Shown: positions 10,360 through 20,404, numbered from the stretch's first letter. The stretch: 64,000 nt of DNA from Parcubacteria bacterium C7867-007 (GCA_001189195.1 LFCQ01000002.1:4997-68996); one strand, 5' to 3'. The notes: generated by a model not told the origin, from the sequence alone. Numbers and translations are program-made.

Positions 10360-10977
10360 TTAGTTACGCAGATTACGAAGCGTCGCAGTTTCTGAAAGAT
10401 TGAACGTGTTCGGTGCACGATTCGGGTTGAGATCTATCCATATCGATATTGTAACCGCTGACACCGCAGCAACATTGGTTGATGTCGCGGACAACGGTAC
10501 CCCTGCATTGTTGTAGTACGTGAATATAGGTGTAGATGACGAGTTACGCACATGAAACGCAACAGTCGTAGTTGCTTCAGGACGACCTGCATAGGAAGGA
10601 GGAAATCCTGCAGAATCAGTCACTCCTCGATAGAATGTTTCATTAGATAGGTAGTAGCGTACTCGTTCAACAGACCCATCGTTATCTAGGTCACTGAAGA
10701 AGGTCATGGAGGAAGTCGCTGCGGCACTAATTGGATAGGTGCCATCGTTTCCATATGATGCCTCACGAATAGAATGGATAGCATCCAGAATAGTGCGTCG
10801 TGCATTATCGAGTGCCGCTGTTTGTTCAAGCAAGAACGCATTCTTCTGATAGAAGAACTGAATCATACCCGAGAGTGCCACGCCAATGCTGCCGAGCATG
10901 GCAATAACAACAAGCATCTCTATGAGGGTGAGCCCCCTTCGCGAGTTAGATCGAGTCTGCATAGAAGGTATGACCAA
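10360..10977 (-). CDS. type IV (pseudo)pilin with prepilin-type N-terminal cleavage/methylation motif
   Basis: RRGLTLIEMLVVIAMLG class-III signal with Glu at +5. Confidence 0.65.
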   Translation of the reverse strand: MVIPSMQTRSNSRRGLTLIEMLVVIAMLGSIGVALSGMIQFFYQKNAFLLEQTAALDNARRTILDAIHSIREASYGNDGTYPISAAATSSMTFFSDLDNDGSVERVRYYLSNETFYRGVTDSAGFPPSYAGRPEATTTVAFHVRNSSSTPIFTYYNNAGVPLSATSTNVAAVSAVTISIWIDLNPNRAPNTFNLSETATLRNLRN

Positions 10978-12676
10978 GGATATTTATTCCGCTGGTGTTA
11001 GTTGAAGCGTATCCCGCTTTACTGCTTTGAATGGTGTATGCCGCAGAGGCACCGATATCGCCAAAGTATGCCCCACCGCAGGCACTGGTAGTTACCGTCT
11101 CTGAATATCCCGTGCGTGAAAGGGTTACCGATGCCCCAGGTACCGCAACACCAGCGGAATCACGAACAGAAACAAGAAGTGAGTTAGTAGTTGCGGGACC
11201 TACATACAACGTAGTTTCACTCGTAGTATTGGGTGGAATAGTGTACGGAGGTGCGTTACAAGCATCAACGGTGTCATACCCAGAAAGCCCAAGCTGGTAC
11301 GCATCCCACTCAAGAGTGAGCATGGTACTGCCCGTTGAACCCGTGGTGCTAGCAATTGTTGTCTTGTAGAGTGAAACGCTTGCACCTGTTGATCCAATCG
11401 TCTTTGCTCCCAAGAGCATGAAATCAACATTAGGTACCGGTACGGGTCCACGCATATAACCAATTCCCCACTCCTGTACTTCGGGAGTTGCCATGATGTC
11501 AGTTGAGGAAAGGTCGGCAACGAGAGAAAGTGATGGATAGGTACTCGTTGAAATAGTTGAGAGATCAATCGGGCCCGTAAACCCGGTTGAGTTGCCTGCA
11601 AGCACTCCATCAGGAAGAAGTGCGCCAGAACCATCAGCTACACGTACAACTACCGATGTCCCTGCAGGCGTCACAAGAGTGGAACTAGCTGAAGTCCATG
11701 AATACAGATACGTGGGGGTCAATGGATGCATACGTGCAGAACCACTAGGTTCATAGGGACCACTCGCGTTTGAAAGCACAATCGACCCGACACTTATCGT
11801 TGCATTGGTGAATGAGGAAATATCTGCTCCTGTTGCAAATGAATCAGAGTACGTAGTAGTTGCTATTGGACTAACGGTGCGTACCTGGAACTGCGAAAGG
11901 ATATCAATGGCAAAAGTATTGGTGGTGGTGAGATCTGTCACCACTGTTAGATACCCTGGATTCGGATTCTGGTTTGTTGCATCACGCAGGTATGTTTGTG
12001 CAGAAGAATAGCCAGACTTAGACACATACACCTCGTATTGCGTTGATGTTGCGGCACCCGGAAGATACACAATGCCATCAATATCAGAAAAGGTGGTGAG
12101 GTCCACTGTTGGTGTGGTACTCGCATTCACAATGCGTACTGATGCACCTGTCACCGGTGCACTCGCTGCATTCACCACCACCAGCCTGAGCGTTCCGCCA
12201 CCGGTGGTGGTTTCAAGTCCTATGGGACTGTAGTTTGAAATCATATCAACGGTACGCGTTCTGCCACCGGCCACGTACGTTACCGTTACCTTTATTCGCT
12301 TGTAGTCAGTAATGATTCCGTTTGAGTCTGCCCCTCCCAGTCCATCAGCAGGATCATCTTGGTACGCAATAAATGTGCGCACCGCATATGCTGTTCCGTT
12401 ACTCGTGGTAGTTGAGAATTGCGGTATAGGTCCACCAGGAATACCGCCAAGCGTACCTACGGAGCCATAACTAAGTGAGCGGACATACTCTATCTGGCTA
12501 TCCGCTACAGCCGTAGCAATTGCTTTTGCTTTAGTGAGCTGAGAAATTAATATGGAAGCGCGCAGCAAACCAAAAAGCGCAAGGAAAATAATAAGTATCA
12601 GTGCGGTACCAACAATCACATCGACAAATGACATTCCTCGCATCGGGCGCTGCATATGCAGCTTATGATAGCGCAT
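10946..12676 (-). CDS. large minor-pilin-like protein (PilV-like N-terminus)
   Basis: GMSFVDVIVGTALILIIFLALFGLL prepilin-like N-terminus, then a roughly 540-aa Thr/Ser-rich ectodomain. Confidence 0.5.
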   Translation of the reverse strand: MRYHKLHMQRPMRGMSFVDVIVGTALILIIFLALFGLLRASILISQLTKAKAIATAVADSQIEYVRSLSYGSVGTLGGIPGGPIPQFSTTTSNGTAYAVRTFIAYQDDPADGLGGADSNGIITDYKRIKVTVTYVAGGRTRTVDMISNYSPIGLETTTGGGTLRLVVVNAASAPVTGASVRIVNASTTPTVDLTTFSDIDGIVYLPGAATSTQYEVYVSKSGYSSAQTYLRDATNQNPNPGYLTVVTDLTTTNTFAIDILSQFQVRTVSPIATTTYSDSFATGADISSFTNATISVGSIVLSNASGPYEPSGSARMHPLTPTYLYSWTSASSTLVTPAGTSVVVRVADGSGALLPDGVLAGNSTGFTGPIDLSTISTSTYPSLSLVADLSSTDIMATPEVQEWGIGYMRGPVPVPNVDFMLLGAKTIGSTGASVSLYKTTIASTTGSTGSTMLTLEWDAYQLGLSGYDTVDACNAPPYTIPPNTTSETTLYVGPATTNSLLVSVRDSAGVAVPGASVTLSRTGYSETVTTSACGGAYFGDIGASAAYTIQSSKAGYASTNTSGINILGHTFYADSI

Positions 12677-12711
12677 GATTTATACTTCTATTATTCATAA
12701 CCATCTTTTAT

Positions 12712-13062
12712 ATGTTAAAAGGACTCCGTTCAGTTATCTATCCCTCTTCAGATTTAGAAACAGACAAGAAGTTTTGGGAGGAAATCACCGGCAAGAAGGC
12801 TTATTTTGATGAACCCTTTTATGTTGGTTTTGATATAAATGGTTTTGAACTTGGCTTGCATCCTGGTGCAGCCGCAGAGGGTATCACCTATCCTGTTTCG
12901 TATTGGCGTGTTGATGACACAAAAGCCGCATCAGAGAAGATTCTTGCTTCAGGCGCTACGCTGCACACCAATCCTGCAGATGTCGGTGATGGTATAACCA
13001 TGACCACCTTCAAAGATAAGGCTGGGAATGTATTTGGAATTATCGAGCACGCATCAAAATAA
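12712..13062 (+). CDS. VOC/glyoxalase-family protein
   Basis: 116-aa paired beta-alpha-beta-beta-beta pattern ending ...GNVFGIIE, typical of the glyoxalase/bleomycin-resistance fold. Confidence 0.6.
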   Translation: MLKGLRSVIYPSSDLETDKKFWEEITGKKAYFDEPFYVGFDINGFELGLHPGAAAEGITYPVSYWRVDDTKAASEKILASGATLHTNPADVGDGITMTTFKDKAGNVFGIIEHASK

Positions 13063-13065
13063 TGG

Positions 13066-14145
13066 TCAGACGGTCTTTCTTGGGATACCTATATAGGTAA
13101 GGAGATCGTCATAGGAGAGACCTTCAACTCGTGCAACTTCTTCATTGAGGTATGCCATTGCTTCACCAAAGGGAGTATCTTGCTGATCTATATCTCCTTC
13201 AAAGTACCTGAACTCTTTACCAATCTCTGCCTTCAGGCTTTCAGGTTCAATACCATCGAGTTCGGCCTGAAAGCGTTCTTTACGCTTCTGCGCGAAGAAT
13301 GGCTGAAACGTTATGGTGCCAAGAAGTCTCTTTCTATACTCTTCTTCTCTACCATCGACGGTTCCCGTGCGAATTGCTTCAACAATGTCACTGTTATCTT
13401 CGATAGCAATCTGCCTACCACTCATCAGTAGCTTCTCAGGTCCATCCATCCCAAAGTCAGCAAGATCAGCCAGTGCAAGAAAACGAGTAGTGAGTGGTGT
13501 TTCTCTGGTGAGCAGCTTTTGAGTCACCCCTTCCTCTGCACTAAAACTTGGAATTGTTACGTTGATGTCTTCAATATCCTTATCAGGATCAATAGTGAAT
13601 ATAGGATCCTTCCCCGCTTTGATAAGAGCGTTGTTTGCAGCTTCCTTTACAACACTAATACGTGCTGCACTTCGTACTTCGCCTTCTCCAATCTTTCGCT
13701 TACGAATACCATCTGCTTCATAAAACACATGCTCAACATCATGTCCTCCTGCTGCAATAACCGCAGCCGCTTTCTCTGCAGCTGATATGCGACCAGGTTC
13801 AAACGCATTGGTGGCATCAATCAGTCGCTCAACTCGTGATGCTACCAATGCACTGTGTTCCCTATTATGAAATGCTAGTTTTACATCCTGATTCTCTGGA
13901 TTCCCATACTTGTTTTCCACAAGATCCAGAAGAATGTCTCGGCTAATCTCACCAACCTTCTCGATACGTGCGTCTCCTTCCAATCCTTCTAGCACTCCTC
14001 CGGCAAATGATTCCGTTATCTTTTCATCAATAGCTTTGGTGAGGGTTTCAATATCACGCTTCTGACGCATATCAGGGTCCTCCAAATACGAGGGTATTGG
14101 TTCCGCAGAACGGATAGGTTCTCTGCTGAGGAGTCGTTCAAACAT
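13066..14145 (-). CDS. hypothetical protein (possible HD-like phosphohydrolase)
   Basis: 359-aa acidic protein with HNREHSAL...GGHDVEH His/Asp motifs; no confident family assignment. Confidence 0.4.
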   Translation of the reverse strand: MFERLLSREPIRSAEPIPSYLEDPDMRQKRDIETLTKAIDEKITESFAGGVLEGLEGDARIEKVGEISRDILLDLVENKYGNPENQDVKLAFHNREHSALVASRVERLIDATNAFEPGRISAAEKAAAVIAAGGHDVEHVFYEADGIRKRKIGEGEVRSAARISVVKEAANNALIKAGKDPIFTIDPDKDIEDINVTIPSFSAEEGVTQKLLTRETPLTTRFLALADLADFGMDGPEKLLMSGRQIAIEDNSDIVEAIRTGTVDGREEEYRKRLLGTITFQPFFAQKRKERFQAELDGIEPESLKAEIGKEFRYFEGDIDQQDTPFGEAMAYLNEEVARVEGLSYDDLLTYIGIPRKTV

Positions 14146-14180
14146 GGCCTGATGGTATCACAATAGGATTCATAGGGTAT

Positions 14181-14210
14181 TGGCAGTCTGGGACGATGTT
14201 TGAACCTTTA
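14181..14210 (+). repeat. tRNA-3'-end-like direct repeat, type A (TGGCAGTCTGGGACGATGTTTGAACCTTTAT)
   Basis: Member of the 11-copy, same-orientation family; 36 bp upstream of the start of the 13066..14145 gene. Confidence 0.8.
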
Positions 14211-14216
14211 TATTAG

Positions 14217-14513
14217 TTACAACACAAAGAATGCTCCCAGAATTCCTAGAATGAGTGCCGTCAGGGAAATTAGATTTTGTCCTACTTTGCTCTTTACCAA
14301 AACCACGTCACCATTCTTAGATTTCATAGTCAGGCGCGGATTCATCGCTACAGATCCTAAGAAAACAAAGTACAGCACGTAACCAAACAAGAAGGGAAGT
14401 AACAGTCCAGAAGTCACGCTGTGCTTAATAAGAAAATAATACGGAAGTAATCCAACCCCAAAAATGATAAGTACCCAGCCTGCAATTTTATTCCACGAAT
14501 AGTTCGAATTCAT
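14217..14513 (-). CDS. small three-TM membrane protein (cassette gene)
   Basis: 98 aa with three hydrophobic helices; bracketed by repeats at 14181 and 14573. Confidence 0.45.
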   Translation of the reverse strand: MNSNYSWNKIAGWVLIIFGVGLLPYYFLIKHSVTSGLLLPFLFGYVLYFVFLGSVAMNPRLTMKSKNGDVVLVKSKVGQNLISLTALILGILGAFFVL

Positions 14514-14572
14514 ACCTGAAGTTAAGCACGTTCACTGGTCTTCAAAATTTAGAGGGTGGATAAATGAGTGCT

Positions 14573-14599
14573 GGCAGACTAGGGATCGAACCTAAATCT
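14573..14599 (+). repeat. tRNA-3'-end-like direct repeat, type B (TGGCAGACTAGGGATCGAACCTAAATCT)
   Basis: Minus-strand sense AGATTTAGGTTCGATCCCTAGTCTGCCA reads as T-stem, TTCGATC T-loop and acceptor 3' strand; overlaps the pilC stop codon; no matching 5' half anywhere, so it is a tRNA fragment. Confidence 0.8.
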
Positions 14600-15806
14600 C
14601 ACTCGAGAGCGAGTAGATTGGTGCGATCATGGCAAGTGCAAACACACCCACGAATGCACCAATGAAGAGCATGAGAATCGGTTCAATAATAGTAGAGAGG
14701 TCTTTGGTACGATCCTCAACGTCTACTTCATAGTACTCAGCAACCTGGCCGAGCATGTCTGACACCTTTCCAGTCTCCTCTCCCACTGCAATCATGTCGG
14801 TGAAAAGAATCGGGTAGAGCTTTGGGTATGAAAGGAATGTTGCAGAAAGAGGTTCACCTTTTTTAACACGATCAGATGCTTCTACGAGCACTCGACCAAA
14901 GATGTTATCACCCACCACCTCTGACGTGATTTGAATTGCAGAGAGCATTTCAACACCTGAGGAAAGTAGAGATGAAAGAGTACGTGCTGCACGTGCTGCC
15001 ATCGTCTCACGAGTGAGTTCACCAATCACTGGAATACGTAGTGCAATTGCGAGCAATAGAGCGCTTCCCACCTTGGTGCGTATGAATGACATAAAGCCAC
15101 CAATAACCACAATGAATCCAACAACCACAAGAATCACGTTGTTAACCACAAAATCAGACATATCAATGATGACTCGGGTTGCTAGGGGTAGCTCGCTGCC
15201 AAATGATTCGAAGGTACTGGCAAGGGTTGGCACCACAAACATGAGCATGAGTACACCAATAATAGCGATTGCAACAAGAATGATGGAGGGATAGATCATC
15301 GCTCCCTTAACTTTCTTGGTGAGTTGCTCGGAACGATCCATCTGACGTGCAACCACTTTCAACGAATCAGCCAACTTTCCAGACTCTTCACCTGCCTTGG
15401 TCATCGCAATGAACAGTGGAGAGAATACCTTAGGGAACTGCGCAAGACCTTCATGGAAGGAGAGCCCAGATTTCACTGATGTTTCAAGTGCTGTGGTGAC
15501 TTTCTGAAGATACTTGTTGTTTGATTGACGTTCAATAACAGAGAGTGCACGTGAAAGGGTGAGGCCTGCTGAAAGCATTGCTGAGAGATTCTTGGTGAAT
15601 GTAATGCGCTGTTCATTCTTGATGTGACCACCACCAAATTGAATATTTCCTAGTGAGGAGAGACCTCCTCCCTTTGCTTCTTCAACGGTAATAACACTCT
15701 CCCCTGCTTTCTCAATTTCCTCGTATACGGCAAATCGTGTCTGCGCTTCAATGATGCGCTTTGATTGCATCCCATCAGCCTGCTTAACAAGGACCTGAAA
15801 TTTCAT
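14592..15806 (-). CDS. pilC: type IV pilus assembly platform protein PilC (GspF family)
   Basis: Two GspF-type repeats, three TM segments, 404 aa, directly downstream of pilB. Confidence 0.85.
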   Translation of the reverse strand: MKFQVLVKQADGMQSKRIIEAQTRFAVYEEIEKAGESVITVEEAKGGGLSSLGNIQFGGGHIKNEQRITFTKNLSAMLSAGLTLSRALSVIERQSNNKYLQKVTTALETSVKSGLSFHEGLAQFPKVFSPLFIAMTKAGEESGKLADSLKVVARQMDRSEQLTKKVKGAMIYPSIILVAIAIIGVLMLMFVVPTLASTFESFGSELPLATRVIIDMSDFVVNNVILVVVGFIVVIGGFMSFIRTKVGSALLLAIALRIPVIGELTRETMAARAARTLSSLLSSGVEMLSAIQITSEVVGDNIFGRVLVEASDRVKKGEPLSATFLSYPKLYPILFTDMIAVGEETGKVSDMLGQVAEYYEVDVEDRTKDLSTIIEPILMLFIGAFVGVFALAMIAPIYSLSSEI

Positions 15807-15833
15807 ACCGCTATCGTAGCACGCAGGTGCACG

Positions 15834-17585
15834 CTATTCAGAAATAACACGTAGAACTTCTTCCAAAGAAGTGACACCTCGTGCTGCTTTATACAAACCA
15901 TCTTCAAGCATGTTGAGCATTCCTTCCTTGCGTGCCTGTTCTTCAATAGCATCAGGTGCTGCATTGTGAATAATGAGATCGCGAATAGCAGAAGACACGG
16001 TGAGTACCTCATGGATACCGATACGACTCTTGTATCCATCCTCACATTCTGCCGATGCTTTGGGATGGAAGAATGGAATCTGATCAATACCCGTTCCCTT
16101 TGGCACTAGTTTCTCTTCAATAAGTGCGCTGAGTGCTGATTCAAACTTATCCTTAGGAGCAATCTTTGCACGTGCTGCAGCGTCAGGAGTATAGGCTTCC
16201 TTGTCATCACAAAGGCGGCGTACGAGGCGCTGTCCCACCACAAGGCGTAGGGTGGAAACAAGGAGGAAGGGCTCAACACCCATATCCATAAGGCGAGGAA
16301 TGGCACCTGCTGCTGAGTTAGTGTGGATGGTTGAAAGCACCACGTGTCCGGTGAGTGCTGCGTTAATCGCAAGCGACGCTGTTTCTTTGTCGCGGATCTC
16401 TCCCACCATGATGATGTTCGGGTCCTGACGAAGAAGTGCACGGAGCCCGTCAGCGAAACTGAAACCAATTGCAGGGTTCACCTGTGTTTGATTAACACGC
16501 TTCATCTGATACTCGATTGGATCTTCAATCGTGGAGATGTTTACATCTGGTTGGTTAAGAATATCCAGGATCGTATACAACGTTGTTGTCTTTCCAGAAC
16601 CGGTTGGACCAGATACGAGAATGATTCCTGTTGTCGTCTTCATCGCTCCATGAATACGCTCGAGTGTTTCACCATGGAAACCAAGTGACTCAAGACTAAA
16701 ACCTTCTCCTGTTTCGCGAAGCAAACGCATAACGATCTTTTCACCGTAGTACGTAGGGAGCAGTGACACACGGAACGATACTTTATCGGCATCTGTTTCC
16801 ATTTTGAAACGTCCATCTTGTGGAAGGCGCTTTTCATCAAGCTTAAGGTTTGCAAGCACCTTGATACGCGCAGTGATACCGGATGTTGCTTGCTTTGGCA
16901 GTGTCATCGCGTCATGAAGTGTTCCATCGATGCGATAGCGTACCAACACTTCCATCTCCATCGGTTCAATGTGGATATCTGATGCACCTTGAATGATTGC
17001 GTGACGAAGCAGCGTATCCACAATACGTACGATAGGCAAATCTTCTGCCATCTTCTTGAGTTCGTCACCAGACTTCTCTTCACCATCTGCTTCTCGCACC
17101 AGCGTTAGCTTTCCTGCTTCAGTGGTTATGAGATCCCCAAACTCTTCCTTAAGAGACTTCTGATACTGCATCAAGGAGTGCTTGATGGAATCATCATCGG
17201 TGAGGCGGGGGAGAATCTTCAGGCCTGTCTTCTTTCGTACCGAGTCGATTGCAACAAGGTCTTCAGTATCAAGCATCGCCACCTCCAAATCCTGCAGATT
17301 CCTTCGGAACGCAATGATGTTGTGGGTGCGTGCAATGGGTTCAGGAATGAGCGTAAGTATTTCAAGTGGAATCTTAAGCTCTTTAAGATTCACGAAAGGA
17401 ATACCCAGCACGTATGCTTTGATACGCCGAAGTGCATCACTAGTGAGTGCACCTTGTGATACGAGAATGTCCCCAAGCGACTGCTTTCGCTCCTTTCCTT
17501 CTGCTTCTGCAGCTTCAACTTCCTTCCGTGCAACAAGACCGGAATCAAGAATAAATGCTTTCAATTCGCTTTCAGCAACTTGCAT
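15834..17585 (-). CDS. pilB: type IV pilus assembly ATPase PilB (GspE family)
   Basis: N-terminal GSPII_E_N domain; Walker A GPTGSGKTTTLY; Asp and His boxes; probable start MQVAESE. Confidence 0.85.
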   Translation of the reverse strand: MQVAESELKAFILDSGLVARKEVEAAEAEGKERKQSLGDILVSQGALTSDALRRIKAYVLGIPFVNLKELKIPLEILTLIPEPIARTHNIIAFRRNLQDLEVAMLDTEDLVAIDSVRKKTGLKILPRLTDDDSIKHSLMQYQKSLKEEFGDLITTEAGKLTLVREADGEEKSGDELKKMAEDLPIVRIVDTLLRHAIIQGASDIHIEPMEMEVLVRYRIDGTLHDAMTLPKQATSGITARIKVLANLKLDEKRLPQDGRFKMETDADKVSFRVSLLPTYYGEKIVMRLLRETGEGFSLESLGFHGETLERIHGAMKTTTGIILVSGPTGSGKTTTLYTILDILNQPDVNISTIEDPIEYQMKRVNQTQVNPAIGFSFADGLRALLRQDPNIIMVGEIRDKETASLAINAALTGHVVLSTIHTNSAAGAIPRLMDMGVEPFLLVSTLRLVVGQRLVRRLCDDKEAYTPDAAARAKIAPKDKFESALSALIEEKLVPKGTGIDQIPFFHPKASAECEDGYKSRIGIHEVLTVSSAIRDLIIHNAAPDAIEEQARKEGMLNMLEDGLYKAARGVTSLEEVLRVISE

Positions 17586-17619
17586 AGAGAGTACGTATGT
17601 AAAAGTATAGCGCGCCGCG

Positions 17620-17648
17620 ATGAAATTCGCGGCGCGCATAGTGATGAA
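17620..17648 (-). terminator. GC hairpin between the tetR-like gene and pilB
   Basis: gcgcgccgcg-atgaaatt-cgcggcgcgc perfect 10-bp stem; the trailing U-run on the minus strand is weak. Confidence 0.35.
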
Positions 17649-17661
17649 ATCGGGGGAAATG

Positions 17662-18228
17662 TTATTTCTGAAACAACGATCTTACCCTCACACTCAAGTC
17701 CTGCTTCAAATGTTCAGGAGCGTTTGTGATCCATGGCATTGGCCTGCAGATATCACAGTGCACACTCCAGACCCAAAGACCAATTCCAGACCCGATACCA
17801 GCGAACTCCTCAAGCACATTCAGCAGTTCATGCATGCGTTCTCCGAGCAGGTGGCCGATCAAGTCACTTCCTGCGTACGCACAGCTGAGTTGCGAGCGCA
17901 GAATATGAAGACGCTCGGGTTCATAGTCTATCTCAAGAATCTCGATAATCATCTGTGATGCAGGCACCTCCGCCCCCAGAGACTTGGCGATGGTCTTATA
18001 CCCTTCAGGTTCCTTGCGGGAAATCGAAATGAAGAGCTCTTCTTTATCCTTGAAGCTATTGAAGACCGCGCCAGTAGACAAGCCACAGGCTGCTACCACA
18101 TCACGGAGCGTTACCTCTTCATATCTTTTTTCTGTGAAGAGCTTTCGTGCAGCCCCGAGTACCTTCTGCTGTGTTTCAAGCTTGGCTAATTGCCGTTTCG
18201 AGAGCTTAGGCTGCACCTGAGCTTTCAT
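17662..18228 (-). CDS. TetR/AcrR-family transcriptional regulator
   Basis: N-terminal HTH (TLRDVVAACGLSTGAVFNSFKDKEELF), 188 aa. Confidence 0.8.
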   Translation of the reverse strand: MKAQVQPKLSKRQLAKLETQQKVLGAARKLFTEKRYEEVTLRDVVAACGLSTGAVFNSFKDKEELFISISRKEPEGYKTIAKSLGAEVPASQMIIEILEIDYEPERLHILRSQLSCAYAGSDLIGHLLGERMHELLNVLEEFAGIGSGIGLWVWSVHCDICRPMPWITNAPEHLKQDLSVRVRSLFQK

Positions 18229-18412
18229 TTGACATTCCCTTTATTTCTGTTGATCTGGAGAAACCATACCCTTTCTCCTTCATTGACGCAATACCTATAT
18301 ATGGTATCTTTTGAGTATCTGGAATGTCCGCTCTTGCGGGCCTTTCTTTTTAGAAAACCAAGAGTATGTGCGAAAATCACTTATATAGGGCGTACAACTA
18401 AATAACGAAGGT

Positions 18413-19861
18413 ATGTTGGATCTAAAAACAATAAACTCAGTGTTCGGGGAATTTGAAGACCGCGGTATCACCCGCGAAATCATGATGGAAGCTATCGAAA
18501 GCGCGATGGCTACCGCATATAAGAAGGAGTATGGAAAGCGTGGCCAGGTTATCCGTGCCATGGTGGACATGAATAGCGGCACCGTTAACTTTGAACAGGT
18601 GAAGACGATTGTGGACGACACACTCGTTCGCTTCCCTGATGAAGAGGAGATCGCTGCAGAAGAACAGGCTCCGGTACGCCAGTACTTCCCTCATGAAGGC
18701 GAAGAAGTGGTTCCTGAAGGTGAACTCCCTCGCTATGACGCAGAGAAGCACATGCTTCTTGAAGATGCGAAGCGTATTAAGCGTGATGCAGAGCTCGGTG
18801 GTGAAATCGTATTCCCTCTTGAGCCACAAGATGACTTCGGTCGTATTGCTGCGCAGACGGCAAAACAGGTAGTGATCCAGAAGATCCGCGAAGCAGAGAA
18901 GAAGTCTCAGCTCGAGGAGTTTGAGCACAAGAAGGGTGAGGTGGTTACCGGTATCGTGCAGCGTGTTGAGCGTGGCGCTATCTTTATCGACCTTGGCCGT
19001 GCAACAGGTATCATCCCGTACGAGGAACAGATCCCTGGTGAACGGTACCGTTCTGGTGAGCGTATCTCTGCATATCTGTACAACGTTGATGAGGGATTCC
19101 GTGGCGTATATCTTCGCCTCTCCCGTTCACATCCTAAATTCATCATCAAACTCTTTGAGATGGAGGTACCTGAGCTCGCTACTGGCGCGCTTGAGGTTAA
19201 GGGTATCGCTCGTGAGGCAGGTAGTCGCACCAAGATTGCTATCGCTTCAGTTGATCCACACGTAGATCCAGTGGGATCACTTGTTGGTCAGCGTGGTGTA
19301 CGTGTCTCAACTGTTATGGGTGCAATTGGTGGTGAGCGCATCGACATCATTGAATGGTCTGAAGATCAGGCAGCATTCATCAAAGAGTCACTTTCTCCTG
19401 CAACCGTTATGGAAGTGGTACTTGATGAAGATGGTCACCGTGCAACCGTTACGGTTTCCGAGGATCAACAGTCACTTGCTATTGGCCGTGGCGGACAGAA
19501 CGTTCGTCTTGCCGCAAAGCTCACCGGCTGGAACATTGATATCGCCTCAACAGGAGGAGATAGCGTTGCAGAAACTGATCCTAATGAAGGTGCATCCGTA
19601 GAGCGTGTTGAGAAGGGCGAAGAAGCTATTGTTGAAGCAGAGGCAGCACTGGAAAAGGCTGAAGAAGCATTCGAGAATGATCCTGCAAAGGAAGCAGGTG
19701 TTGATGCAGGTGAAACGGATTCAGTTATCACCACTGAAGAAGACACCACTGAAACAACCCTTCCTATGGAAGAAGAATTCGCCTTCTCAGACAACACAGC
19801 ACTCTCTGATACCCAGGAGGCACGTGATGAAAGTGATGAAACAGCAAAAGATAACGCCTAA
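18413..19861 (+). CDS. nusA: transcription termination/antitermination factor NusA with acidic C-terminal extension
   Basis: NusA N-domain, S1 domain and two KH domains (GQRGVRV, GRGGQNVRLA); acidic tail. Confidence 0.9.
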   Translation: MLDLKTINSVFGEFEDRGITREIMMEAIESAMATAYKKEYGKRGQVIRAMVDMNSGTVNFEQVKTIVDDTLVRFPDEEEIAAEEQAPVRQYFPHEGEEVVPEGELPRYDAEKHMLLEDAKRIKRDAELGGEIVFPLEPQDDFGRIAAQTAKQVVIQKIREAEKKSQLEEFEHKKGEVVTGIVQRVERGAIFIDLGRATGIIPYEEQIPGERYRSGERISAYLYNVDEGFRGVYLRLSRSHPKFIIKLFEMEVPELATGALEVKGIAREAGSRTKIAIASVDPHVDPVGSLVGQRGVRVSTVMGAIGGERIDIIEWSEDQAAFIKESLSPATVMEVVLDEDGHRATVTVSEDQQSLAIGRGGQNVRLAAKLTGWNIDIASTGGDSVAETDPNEGASVERVEKGEEAIVEAEAALEKAEEAFENDPAKEAGVDAGETDSVITTEEDTTETTLPMEEEFAFSDNTALSDTQEARDESDETAKDNA

Positions 19862-19866
19862 CACAC

Positions 19867-20385
19867 ATGAATCTTCTTCACGATATTCCTGCGGGCTCTA
19901 AGGATGAAATGAACGTTATTGTTGAGATCAACAAGGGTTCAAAAAATAAGTACGAGATTGATAAGGAGACCGGCATCATTGCGCTTGATCGTGTAATGCA
20001 CTCTGCGCAAGACTACCCCTTCGACTACGGTTTCGTACCGCAGACCCTTTGGGATGATGGTGATGCACTTGATGTGGTACTTCTCACCACGTACCCACTC
20101 TTCCCTGGCCTGCTCGTATCAGCACGCCCTGTTGGCATCATGCACATGATCGATGGCGGCGAGGCAGATGAGAAAGTGATTGCGGTTCCTGTGGGTGACC
20201 CCCGTTTTGCAGAGGTACAAGACCTTGCAGACATAAATAAGCACACGCTCAAGGAAATTGCGCACTTCTTCGCAACGTACAAGCAGATCCAGAAGAAAGA
20301 GGTACAGGTTGGTGAATTTGAGGGTGCAGATGCTGCAAAAGCAGCGTTTGAGCGCTCACGTCAGCTGTATTCAGAAAAGAAATAA
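19867..20385 (+). CDS. ppa: inorganic pyrophosphatase
   Basis: DYPFDYGFVPQT...DGDALDVVLL signature; 172 aa. Confidence 0.9.
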   Translation: MNLLHDIPAGSKDEMNVIVEINKGSKNKYEIDKETGIIALDRVMHSAQDYPFDYGFVPQTLWDDGDALDVVLLTTYPLFPGLLVSARPVGIMHMIDGGEADEKVIAVPVGDPRFAEVQDLADINKHTLKEIAHFFATYKQIQKKEVQVGEFEGADAAKAAFERSRQLYSEKK

Positions 20386-20404
20386 ACCCGTTCCATTTTG
20401 GGTT

